Assembly (NCBI GenBank): GCA_964244895.1
Contig: CAXTKV010000039.1
Span: 1-18,342, forward strand
Direction of reading: 5' to 3'
DNA length: 18,342 nt
Source: an uncultured Deinococcales bacterium
Lineage (GTDB): Bacteria; Deinococcota; Deinococci; Deinococcales; JAAFIG01
Shown here: positions 8,552 to 16,113 of the stretch, one piece after another
How positions within the stretch are numbered: position 1 is the stretch's first letter
Layout: every line of letters begins with the position of its first letter
Translations under genes and position numbers: made by a program
Notes under the pieces: model-generated
The model's database searches: none
Told to the model about the DNA's origin: nothing
Seen by the model: only the letters and a program-made list of their open reading frames with translations

Positions 8552-8736
8552 GGTCGCATCCTCGTTGATCTTCTCGTCCGCAACGCCTGGGCAGCCGCGA
8601 CGGCAGTGCGTTTGGGGGGTTATACGGGATGCGCTGTGACGAAACTATTACAGACTTCAGCGCTGAGTCTGACACGGCTCCAATCCAACCCAAGTGGTTT
8701 TTTACCCGAGCGCCAATGCTCAGGCCGTGCGGTACC

Positions 8737-8784
8737 GAACACCATCCGGTACACGAACTAAAAACGACGTGCTGGACGGTGTTC
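8737..8784. repeat. Paired-palindrome intergenic element, copy 3 (25-bp spacing)
   Basis: GAACACCAT-CCGGT-ACacg ... gaCGT-GCTGG-ACGGTGTTC; centres 8748 and 8773. Overlaps the chrA stop codon. Confidence 0.8.
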
Positions 8785-9967
8785 AGCCCACAAAGCCGCG
8801 AAGCCAGCCGACCAGCCCGCCGCCCAACACCAACCAGACCGAGTTGAACTTGAACCGCACCAAGATCGCCAGGCTGATCAGCGCCAAGCTGACGGTCAAC
8901 CCGTCCACCAGCGCCGCGCGCCCGAGCTCGAGCGTGACCCCGGCCATCAGCCCGAGGGCCGCCGCGTTGATCCCATCCAGCAGTGCGCCCGTCCAGCGGT
9001 TGGCGCGCAATCGCGGCACCAGCGCCCCGGTCAAACCGACGAAGCCGAAGGCCGGACCAAAAATCGCGATGGTCGCCAAGGCCGCGCCCGGCAGGCCCGC
9101 GATCACGTAGCCCACGAAGGTCGCGCTCGAGAACAGCGGCCCCGGCGTGAACTGCCCGACCGCCACCGCGTCCAGCAGTTGGCGTTCGGTCAGCCAGCCC
9201 AGCCGCGTCACGAATTCCGAGCGCAAGAATGCCAGCAGCACGTACCCGCTGCCGTACAGGAGTGTTCCTATTTTCAGGAAACCCCAGAAGACACCGCCCA
9301 GCGTGACGCCCGAAAGCGCCGCTCCCGTCCCAGCGCTCGAGCCGAGCAGCAACAACGGCCAGGGCATCAGGCTCGAGGTTTTTGGAAATGCTCCTCTTTC
9401 CAGTCCGCGCGTCAGGATCGCGCCCAGAACTGCGCCACCGAACAGCAGACCGATCTCGTTCAGGCCCGCCGCGTAGAGCGCGACCACCGTCAGCGCCACC
9501 GCCACGGAAATCCAGGATTTGAAAGCCGCCCTGGCCAGACCGTAGATCGCGTGCCCGACGACCGCGATGATCACCGGTTTGACGCCGGACAGCAACCACC
9601 CGGCGTCCGGTCGCGAGCCGAAGCGGACGTAGGCCCAGGCGAGCGCCAGCGTGATCCCGGCGGCGGGCGCGATGAACCCCAGCCCCGCCGCCATCAGGCC
9701 GCGCCAGCCCGCCCGGTGCAGTCCGACGTGCATGACCATTTCCGTGCTGTTTGGCCCAGGAATCAGGTTGACCGCGCCCAACCAGTCCAGAAATTGCGCG
9801 TCCGTGACCCAACCGCGCCGCGTCACGACTTCCTGGCGCAGCATCGCGACGTGCGCCGCAGGCCCGCCGAAGGCTGTGAAGCCCAACTTGAGCGCCATCC
9901 GCAGGACTTCCGGCCACCTTTTCGGGTTGGGTGCATCCCGAATTGGGCTGGCGGCGCTGTCGTCCAC
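8783..9967 (-). CDS. chrA: Chromate ion transporter (long-chain CHR family)
   Basis: 394 aa with two homologous halves: LKLGFTAFGGPAAH...IPGPNSTE and FLKIGTLLYGSGYVL...DAVAVGQFTPGP. Confidence 0.96.
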   Translation of the reverse strand: MDDSAASPIRDAPNPKRWPEVLRMALKLGFTAFGGPAAHVAMLRQEVVTRRGWVTDAQFLDWLGAVNLIPGPNSTEMVMHVGLHRAGWRGLMAAGLGFIAPAAGITLALAWAYVRFGSRPDAGWLLSGVKPVIIAVVGHAIYGLARAAFKSWISVAVALTVVALYAAGLNEIGLLFGGAVLGAILTRGLERGAFPKTSSLMPWPLLLLGSSAGTGAALSGVTLGGVFWGFLKIGTLLYGSGYVLLAFLRSEFVTRLGWLTERQLLDAVAVGQFTPGPLFSSATFVGYVIAGLPGAALATIAIFGPAFGFVGLTGALVPRLRANRWTGALLDGINAAALGLMAGVTLELGRAALVDGLTVSLALISLAILVRFKFNSVWLVLGGGLVGWLRGFVG

Positions 9968-9973
9968 GGCTCG

Positions 9974-9979
9974 AGCCTA
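9974..9979 (-). promoter_or_regulatory. -10 box (TAGGCT) of a leaderless chrA transcript
   Basis: Minus strand reads TAGGCT-cgagcc-GTG. Confidence 0.65.
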
Positions 9980-10025
9980 ACCGAAGCCCGAGTCCGCGCA
10001 CGTCAGGAGCCGGTCATCGGTGCGC

Positions 10026-10031
10026 TATGCT
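10026..10031 (+). promoter_or_regulatory. -10 box (TATGCT) of a leaderless crcB transcript
   Basis: TATGCT-ctgcgc-GTG(10038), in frame with the Fluc ORF. Confidence 0.65.
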
Positions 10032-10037
10032 CTGCGC

Positions 10038-10418
10038 GTGCAAATCGGTCTTCTGATCCTGTTCGGTGCGCTCGGCACGCTCGCCCGCTACGGCGTGACG
10101 CTGCTGACCCAATCGTGGCTGCCGCGCTCCGCCCAGGATTTCCCGTGGGCGACGCTGACGGTCAACGTCATCGGCAGCTTCGTGCTGGCGGTGGTGGTTT
10201 TCCTGGCGCTCAACGGGCGCGTCTCTCAGGACGTGCGCCTGGCGCTCGGCACGGGTTTCTGCGGCGCGTTCACGACCTTCTCGACCTTTGCGCTCGAGAC
10301 GGACGCGCTCTTGACGCGCGGCGCGTGGCTGGAAGGAACGCTCTACGTCGTCGGGAACCTGCTGCTGGGCTTCCTGGCCGTCTCGCTGGGCAAGGCGCTG
10401 GCGGCGCAGTTCGCATGA
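10038..10418 (+). CDS. crcB: Fluoride efflux channel Fluc/CrcB
   Basis: GALGTLARY, FPWATLTVNVIGSF and GTGFCGAFTTFSTF signatures. Start moved from 10020 (ORF track) to GTG 10038 on the basis of the leaderless -10 spacing (126 aa). Confidence 0.95.
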   Translation: MQIGLLILFGALGTLARYGVTLLTQSWLPRSAQDFPWATLTVNVIGSFVLAVVVFLALNGRVSQDVRLALGTGFCGAFTTFSTFALETDALLTRGAWLEGTLYVVGNLLLGFLAVSLGKALAAQFA

Positions 10419-10420
10419 GA

Positions 10421-10464
10421 AACACCGTTCCGGACAGCCGTTTGAAGTGCCGTCCAGAACGGTG
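10421..10464. repeat. Paired-palindrome intergenic element, copy 4 (25-bp spacing, degenerate)
   Basis: AACACCGT-TCCGG-ACaG ... gtgCCGT-CCAGA-ACGGTG; centres 10431 and 10456. Starts just after the crcB stop. Confidence 0.7.
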
Positions 10465-10521
10465 CCGCCTCCGAGGGCCGAATTCACGTTCCGTTCAGTT
10501 CCAACCCAGAGGATTCAGGGC

Positions 10522-10980
10522 ATGAGAATCAATCCGATGGTGCGCCTCGGCGCGGTTGGGGTCGTGGCGTTGATCGCGTGGGTTTTGAGATCCCAACCGA
10601 ACGCGGCGCAGGCCATCCCGAACCAGACGACCGCAACGAACTCGAACCGGGCGACTGCTCCCGCAAACTCGAGCCTGATCGTCGAGAACCAGACGATCTA
10701 CGACCTGGACGGTCGGGTGGCCTACCGGGGCGACGTGGACTTGCGACCGACACTGGCGCGCATTCAAAGCGGACAGCGCGACCAGCACCGCACCGACGGC
10801 GCGATTCACCGCAACCGCGAGGGCAGACTGCCGCGCCGACCCGACCCCGAGTACTACCGCGAATACGTGGTGCGGACACCGGGCTTGGGCTCCGTCGGGC
10901 CGCAACGCCTGATCGTCGGCAAGGGCGGCGAGGCGTACTACACACCGGATCACTACGCCACATTTTTGCGGGTGAAATGA
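10522..10980 (+). CDS. Exported microbial ribonuclease (RNase Sa/barnase family)
   Basis: GAGGA RBS, ATG 10522 (152 aa). N-terminal hydrophobic segment. DGAIHRNREGRLP...YYREYVVRTPG...QRLIVG...YYTPDHYATF carries the catalytic Glu (REY) and His (DHY). Confidence 0.92.
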   Translation: MRINPMVRLGAVGVVALIAWVLRSQPNAAQAIPNQTTATNSNRATAPANSSLIVENQTIYDLDGRVAYRGDVDLRPTLARIQSGQRDQHRTDGAIHRNREGRLPRRPDPEYYREYVVRTPGLGSVGPQRLIVGKGGEAYYTPDHYATFLRVK

Positions 10981-11406
10981 ATGAAATATACCGACCCAGA
11001 CGCCGCATTCCGCGCCGCGACCGATTCCGCTCAAGCCATCATCGAGGTTCCCAGCGCGAGCCTCACCGATCTCTTGATCGGACTCGAACGGGCTGGTTTC
11101 CTGGTGATCCGCGTGGATCGGGCGAAAGTCTTCAGCAAAGAAACCCTGCTGCACGCGCTGTACCAGTCCTGCCAGTTTCCCGCGTACTTCGGTTTCAACT
11201 TTGATGCCCTGGAGGAATGCTTAAACGATTTCTCGTGGCTCGAGGCGAAGGGCTTCGCGCTGGTGTTCGCCGATTTCGGCCCGCTCGAGGAGCGCGCTCC
11301 AGAGGATGCGAGAACCTTCCTGGAGATCGTTCAGACCGTCAGCGCGGCCCGGCGAGCGGATGGCGTCGAAGCCCTAAAACTGATTCTGGCTCGAGGCGAA
11401 GAATAG
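10981..11406 (+). CDS. Barstar family ribonuclease inhibitor
   Basis: 141 aa. SKETLLHAL...FPAYFGFNFDALEECLNDFSW barstar motif. The ATG directly follows the RNase TGA. Confidence 0.93.
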   Translation: MKYTDPDAAFRAATDSAQAIIEVPSASLTDLLIGLERAGFLVIRVDRAKVFSKETLLHALYQSCQFPAYFGFNFDALEECLNDFSWLEAKGFALVFADFGPLEERAPEDARTFLEIVQTVSAARRADGVEALKLILARGEE

Positions 11407-11524
11407 ACCGCCCGCAACGTCAGTCTCGAGCGGGCGATCCAAGTCCCCGAGCGGTCGATCGGGCTTCAGCGTCAGGCGCGAGCCGTACTCTCGCATCGGA
11501 TTCCCGCACGAGAACCGAGTGGAA

Positions 11525-11570
11525 AACACCGTCCAGCACGCACGTTTAAATCTGCGTGCTGGACGGTGTT
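11525..11570. repeat. Paired-palindrome intergenic element, copy 5 (25-bp spacing)
   Basis: Perfect 18-bp inverted repeat AACACCGTCCAGCACGCA-cgtttaaatc-TGCGTGCTGGACGGTGTT; centres 11535 and 11560. Lies between convergent genes. Confidence 0.9.
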
Positions 11571-11611
11571 CCCGCGGACACGAGGTTGGGCACGAGTCGC
11601 GCCCAACCCCC

Positions 11612-12448
11612 TCAAACGTCACCCGATTCCGCGCCGCCATCCAAACGGAATCGACCCAGAACCCGCTCTGCCGCGAACACCAGCGCCCAGATCGGCGCGA
11701 GCGAGGCCACCAACGCGGCGGCGGCGGTCGGCCACTCGAGCTCGCGCTCGTACGTGAAAAAATCGATCATCGAGACGGGCACGGTCTTGACGCCCAGGTT
11801 CAGCACCAGCGGCATCAAGACCTGATTCCAGCTCATGACCAGCACCACGATCGCGGTCGCCGCCGCGCCGGGCGCGATCGCGGGCAGCACGATGCGCCAC
11901 AGCACCAGCCCGACGGACGCCCCCTCGAGCCGCGCGGCCTGCTCGATTTCGAGCGGACTTCGCCGCAAATACCCGTGCAGAACGTAAGTCGCCAGGGGCG
12001 CGTAGAACCCGACCTCGGCCAGCGCCGTGCCTGGAAGCGTGTCGTAGAGGTGCAGCGCGCGCAGCGTCTCGCGCAGGGGCATCAGGTACGCGATCACCGG
12101 CAGGCTCGCCAGCACGACCAGGGTCTGCACCAGGATTTCCCGGCCTTTGAAACGCGCCCTGGCGAGGCCGTAGGCGGCTGGAAGAGCGACCAGCATGGTC
12201 AACAGGGTCGTCAGTGCGCCGAGCGCGGTGCTGGTCGCGAGCCTCGGGATGAACGCCAATCGCGCCGCGCCGATCTCGAGAAAATGCGCCCAGGTCGGCC
12301 CACCCACCCAGATTAAACGCGAGCCGGACGCCCCCAAATGCAGGCCGAACGAGGCCAGCAGCGTCCAGATGAGCGGCAGCAGGCACGCGATCAGCGCCGC
12401 GCCGATGACCGCGAATCGCAACACATTCGAGGCCCGCTCGCGCTTCAC
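11612..12448 (-). CDS. Carbohydrate ABC transporter permease (MalG-like)
   Basis: Likely start is GTG 12448, which overlaps the upstream TGA (GTGA 12445-12448); 278 aa. PLIWTLLASF, ALPAAYGLAR.RFKGR, EAA loop SPLEIEQAARLEGAS, and MSWNQ. Confidence 0.92.
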   Translation of the reverse strand: MKRERASNVLRFAVIGAALIACLLPLIWTLLASFGLHLGASGSRLIWVGGPTWAHFLEIGAARLAFIPRLATSTALGALTTLLTMLVALPAAYGLARARFKGREILVQTLVVLASLPVIAYLMPLRETLRALHLYDTLPGTALAEVGFYAPLATYVLHGYLRRSPLEIEQAARLEGASVGLVLWRIVLPAIAPGAAATAIVVLVMSWNQVLMPLVLNLGVKTVPVSMIDFFTYERELEWPTAAAALVASLAPIWALVFAAERVLGRFRLDGGAESGDV

Positions 12449-13314
12449 GCTCGAACCTCGCGCCGATTCAGCCCCAAGTAGACCGCCCCCAGCGCCAGCA
12501 CGCTGCCCGCCACCACCCAGGCGGAACTCGAGCCGAGCGCCCAGTCGTAGGTCTGGAACGCCTGCTGGTACGCGTACAAGCCCGGCGTGATCGTCTCGCC
12601 GCCTGGGCCGCCGCCCGTGAACATCAGCACCGTCTCGAACGTGCCGAGCGCGTCGCCGACCAGCAACATGCCCAGCGTCAGCAGGACGCCGCGCAGGTGC
12701 GGCAGCGCGACGTGACGCGCAGTCTGGAGCCGTGAAAGCCCCTCGAGCGCCGCCATGTCCCACAACGTCGCCGGGACGCCCATCAGGGCGGGCAGCACCA
12801 GGAACGCCACCAGCGGAGCCTTGCGCCAGGTTTCGATCAGGATCAGGCTGCACAGCGCCAGCCCCGGCCCGCGCGGATCGGGCAAGGCTGGCGAGCCGAG
12901 CACGGCGGCCAGAACGGTCACGAAACCCGATTCGCGGTTGAACAAGAAGTGCCACATCACGCCGCTCGCGATTGGACTGACCAGCCACGGCGCGAGCAAC
13001 AGCAACCGCACGGCGCTTCTGCCCCGGAACGGACGGCGCAGCGCCAGCGCCACCACCGAGCCCAACCCGATCTGGAGCCCGACCGAACCGAGCGCCAACC
13101 AGAACGCGTTCCTGATCGAATCCCGGAAGCCCGGTTGGTCGAAGGCCCGAGCGTACTGCTCGAGCCCGACGAACCGGACGTTCGCGTTTCGCAACGGATC
13201 GAAGCTGGTGAAGCTGTACACCAGGCCCGACAGCGCTGGCCAGACCATCAGCCCTGCCAGCGCGACCGCCAGCGGTGCGAGCAGCATCAGCGTCTCGAGC
13301 TTTGGGCGCGGCAC
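12445..13314 (-). CDS. Carbohydrate ABC transporter permease (MalF/UgpA-like)
   Basis: 289 aa. FVGLEQY, F..SIRN, LLLAPWLVSPIASGVMW, WRKAP, EAA-like VPATLWDMAALEG, and TGGGPG. Confidence 0.93.
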   Translation of the reverse strand: MPRPKLETLMLLAPLAVALAGLMVWPALSGLVYSFTSFDPLRNANVRFVGLEQYARAFDQPGFRDSIRNAFWLALGSVGLQIGLGSVVALALRRPFRGRSAVRLLLLAPWLVSPIASGVMWHFLFNRESGFVTVLAAVLGSPALPDPRGPGLALCSLILIETWRKAPLVAFLVLPALMGVPATLWDMAALEGLSRLQTARHVALPHLRGVLLTLGMLLVGDALGTFETVLMFTGGGPGGETITPGLYAYQQAFQTYDWALGSSSAWVVAGSVLALGAVYLGLNRREVRA

Positions 13315-13318
13315 GCGA

Positions 13319-13477
13319 TCACCGAACCCAAAGCGTCAGTGTCGAGATCGATGTCGAGATCGGTATCGAGATTCGGCGCGCGAACCGATTGGTGCTCGAG
13401 CGACCGAAGAAATCCCGGAGCCTTCTGGCGGTATGGACGCCCATGATTCGGCGTTCACTCAATGGCGGTGCAGTCAT
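13319..13477 (-). CDS. Putative 52-aa leaderless small ORF upstream of the ABC permeases
   Basis: TAGATT(13484-13489)-atcggc-ATG. MTAPPLSERRIMGVHTARRLRDFFGRSSTNRFARRISIPISTSISTLTLWVR; its TGA ends 4 nt before the permease GTG. Confidence 0.4.
   Translation of the reverse strand: MTAPPLSERRIMGVHTARRLRDFFGRSSTNRFARRISIPISTSISTLTLWVR
13340..13375. repeat. Short tandem repeat, 3 x 12 bp
   Basis: TGTCGAGATCGA TGTCGAGATCGG TATCGAGATTCG. Confidence 0.7.
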
Positions 13478-13537
13478 GCCGATAATCTACGCTCGAGCAT
13501 CGCGTCCCAGAGCGTTCAACTTGCGCTGGGACGCGAG

Positions 13538-13597
13538 AGAACACCGTCCCTGACGGCGTATTCTGATTCCAGAAAACACCGTGCAGGACGGTTTTCT
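13538..13597. repeat. Paired-palindrome intergenic element, copy 6 (35-bp spacing)
   Basis: AGAACACCGT-CCCTG-ACGGcgtattct ... AGAAAACACCGT-GCAGG-ACGGTTTTCT; centres 13550 and 13585. Confidence 0.85.
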
Positions 13598-13651
13598 ATC
13601 AAAGCTGCACAAGCCGATGCCCGCTCGCCGCCGTTGGCATAACCTGTAAGC

Positions 13652-13741
13652 GTGCAGCGCCTTCAATCTCGAGCCGTCATCCTCTACCGAATCCTCAATC
13701 CGGGTCGCGCGACGCGAACCGAAGGCCGGAGCACCAGGTGA
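13652..13741 (+). CDS. Putative 29-aa leaderless leader ORF coupled to the MFS gene
   Basis: TAACCT(13640-13645)-gtaagc-GTG. (M)QRLQSRAVILYRILNPGRATRTEGRSTR; its TGA overlaps the MFS start (GTGA 13738-13741). Confidence 0.5.
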   Translation: MQRLQSRAVILYRILNPGRATRTEGRSTR

Positions 13742-14976
13742 CGCTGTTGGCCCTGCCGGAAACGCGCGCGCTGGCCGGGTTGAACGCCGACGGACGCCTG
13801 TTGTTCGGTACGCGCGCCGTGCGAATGTTCGCCTTCGGCGCGCTGTCGGTGGTGCTGGCGCTGTACCTCTCGAGTCTGGGCTTTAACGAATCCCAGATCG
13901 GTCTGCTGTTGACGCTGACGCTGGCCGGGGACGCCGCCATTTCGCTGTGGATTTCCGGCGTGGCGGATCGGATCGGGCGCAAAAGGATGCTGATGCTGGG
14001 CGCGGCCTTGATGGTCGCGGCGGGCATCGCCTTCGCGCTGACCGGAAATTTTATCTTGCTGACCATCGCCGCGATCATCGGCACGATCAGCCCCAGCGGC
14101 AACGAAGTCGGGCCGTTCCTGGCCTTGGAGCAATCCGCCATGAGCGAGGGCCTGCCCGGCACCAGCCGCACGGCGGTCTTCGCCTGGTACAACCTGGTCG
14201 GCTCACTGGCGACGGCGCTCGGGGCGCTCGGCGGTGGTGTGCTGGCGCAAGCATTGCAGCGCGCGGGTCACGCACCGACGGACAGTTACCGCGCTGTGGT
14301 GATCGTCTACGCGCTGTTGGGCGTAGGCTTGCTGGCGCTCTTTTCCAGGATCTCGGGCGCGGTCGAGGTCGTCGCCAAACCAGTCGCGGGCTCGAGCTTG
14401 GGCTTGCACCAATCACGGAACGTAATCCTCAGGCTTTCTGGCCTGTTCGCGCTGGACGCCTTCGCGGGCGGGCTGGTGGTGCAAAGCCTGATCGCGCTGT
14501 GGTTCCAACGCCGTTACGGGGTCGAACCCGCGACGCTGGGCGCCATTTTCTTCGGCGCAAACCTGTTCGCGGGACTTTCGGCGCTGGCCGCCGCCAGGGT
14601 CGCGGCCCGGTTCGGGTTGATCAACACGATGGTCTGGACGCACATTCCATCGAACGTGCTGCTGATCCTGGTGCCGTTGATGCCCAACCTGGGGCTGGCG
14701 ATCGCGCTCCTGTTGGCGCGCTTCAGCATCTCGCAGATGGACGTGCCGACCCGCCAGTCCTACGTCATGGCGGTCGTCAACCCCGACGAGCGCAGCGCAG
14801 CGGCGGGCGTGACCGGCATCGCGCGCACCATCGGCGCGTCGCTCGCACCCGCGCTGGCCGGAGCGTTGGGCGTCTCGAGCATCGCATTTTTCCTGGCGGG
14901 CGGATTGAAAATTGTCTACGACATCGCGCTGTATCGGAGTTTCATATCCCTGCCACCGCGCGACGATGACCGCTGA
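13738..14976 (+). CDS. Major facilitator superfamily transporter
   Basis: 412 aa, about 12 hydrophobic segments. Motif A-like GVADRIGRKRML and second-half AARFGLINTM. Also GTISPSGNEVGPFLALEQ and SQMDVPTRQSY...ER. GGAG RBS. Confidence 0.93.
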   Translation: MTLLALPETRALAGLNADGRLLFGTRAVRMFAFGALSVVLALYLSSLGFNESQIGLLLTLTLAGDAAISLWISGVADRIGRKRMLMLGAALMVAAGIAFALTGNFILLTIAAIIGTISPSGNEVGPFLALEQSAMSEGLPGTSRTAVFAWYNLVGSLATALGALGGGVLAQALQRAGHAPTDSYRAVVIVYALLGVGLLALFSRISGAVEVVAKPVAGSSLGLHQSRNVILRLSGLFALDAFAGGLVVQSLIALWFQRRYGVEPATLGAIFFGANLFAGLSALAAARVAARFGLINTMVWTHIPSNVLLILVPLMPNLGLAIALLLARFSISQMDVPTRQSYVMAVVNPDERSAAAGVTGIARTIGASLAPALAGALGVSSIAFFLAGGLKIVYDIALYRSFISLPPRDDDR

Positions 14977-15012
14977 GGCGTACAGCCACCCTCGAGCACC
15001 GTGCGGTCACAC

Positions 15013-15050
15013 AAAAAGTCCGAGACTCGACCAAAGGTCGAATCTCGGAC
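15013..15050 (-). terminator. Intrinsic terminator of the minus-strand membrane ORF
   Basis: Minus strand GTCCGAGATTCGACC-ttt-GGTCGAGTCTCGGAC (15-bp stem with one U.G pair), followed by TTTTT. Confidence 0.8.
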
Positions 15051-15083
15051 GGCCCTGCTGCCCGCGCTGACGGGCAATGCGGC

Positions 15084-15905
15084 TCAGATCAGCCGACTCA
15101 AAAGGAAAAGGGTGAAACCGAACAGGGCTCCCGAACCCCACCCGCGTTTCCAGATCAGGTCACCATCTCGCGCCGACAAGGCGGCTGAGATCGTCGTGGA
15201 GAAAAACGTCCTGAGAACGCTGACCCCGGCGATTCCGGTCACGGTCGAGGCTTTGGCGAGCAAGATTTGAGATGTCAGGTTGCCCAGCAACCCACGGAAA
15301 TATTTCGGTTTGAGCATCGCTTTGCGATACTCTTTTTTGCGAAGCACAAACTTCTGAAAACCGCTTCCGGTTTTCGAGAAAAGCGCCGCCACAAAGGAGA
15401 CGACGAGCACCAGAATCGCTCCTGGGATGCCCGTCGATGCCGAAAAAGAGGGTAGATCAACACCGACCGAAATAAACAGCACGCACACCCAGGTGAACGC
15501 GTCCAGAAAGGTTTTTTTGTTCTTTTTGGTTTTGCCGAGCGGTTTCTGAGCTGGATGAAGCTGGTTGACGCAAGCACCCATGACCAGAAGCCCCACGGTC
15601 GCAACGCCGAGCGCGACCGTGCTGACCGACCGATGAAAGATCGAGATGTCCGCGATGGTGGCGAAAACGTTGCTGGAAATCGCCATCAAAATATCCAGCA
15701 TCAACATGCTGGATAGTCTGGTCTGCACCAGACTTTTGAGGACGTAAGCCAGCGTGTACGCCAGCAGCGTCACGACGAGGAGCGCGCCGTGCTCAAACTG
15801 AAATACGATTTTCCCTTCTGCCCAGGCGGAACCCGTCACGTCCGGGATGAAAAAAATCAACTCGAGAATCGACAGCAGCAACGCTGTTTTGAGATTTGCG
15901 ACCAT
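15084..15905 (-). CDS. Hypothetical multi-pass membrane protein, possibly a very divergent DMT/EamA-like transporter
   Basis: ORF is open from 15953; ATG 15905 chosen as start (273 aa). About 9-10 hydrophobic segments separated by a central Lys-rich loop. Has its own terminator. No recognisable family motif. Confidence 0.6.
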   Translation of the reverse strand: MVANLKTALLLSILELIFFIPDVTGSAWAEGKIVFQFEHGALLVVTLLAYTLAYVLKSLVQTRLSSMLMLDILMAISSNVFATIADISIFHRSVSTVALGVATVGLLVMGACVNQLHPAQKPLGKTKKNKKTFLDAFTWVCVLFISVGVDLPSFSASTGIPGAILVLVVSFVAALFSKTGSGFQKFVLRKKEYRKAMLKPKYFRGLLGNLTSQILLAKASTVTGIAGVSVLRTFFSTTISAALSARDGDLIWKRGWGSGALFGFTLFLLSRLI

Positions 15906-16047
15906 TGGTTTTTGAATTGATAAAGAACTGACTTTCGAGCGCTGGATTGTCAAAAATCGCAGCCGAGATGCCCTCGAGCCAGTCCGACCGTAGCTGCGAT
16001 CGGTCAGGGCTGTGTCTGGACACCCACAGAGAACGCACGGGTTGAAG

Positions 16048-16108
16048 TCTCGAGAAGACCGTCCAGTACGGTCTTCTCGAGATCACAGCGATGCCGTACT
16101 GGACGGTT
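16048..16108. repeat. Paired-palindrome intergenic element, copy 7 (35-bp spacing)
   Basis: Perfect TCTCGAGAAGACCGT-CCAGT-ACGGTCTTCTCGAGA, then gatgCCGT-ACTGG-ACGGTT; centres 16065 and 16100. Confidence 0.85.
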
Positions 16109-16113
16109 TGCCC

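Noticed and set aside
9968..10037. Fluoride riboswitch upstream of crcB
   Set aside because: No recognisable riboswitch consensus, and the gene appears leaderless.
12449..12988. N-terminal 180 aa of the 458-aa ORF 11612..12988
   Set aside because: It overlaps the upstream permease in another frame; the GTGA coupling at 12445-12448 marks the likely start.
1198..14705. Cyanobacterial HIP1 (GCGATCGC)
   Set aside because: Only about three copies noticed, which is unremarkable at this GC content; the iterated motif here is CTCGAG.
14994..15052. Possible ninth copy of the paired palindrome (GAGCACCGT...GGACGG)
   Set aside because: Inner half-sites are missing and the spacing (41 bp) fits neither class; the region is explained by a terminator hairpin.
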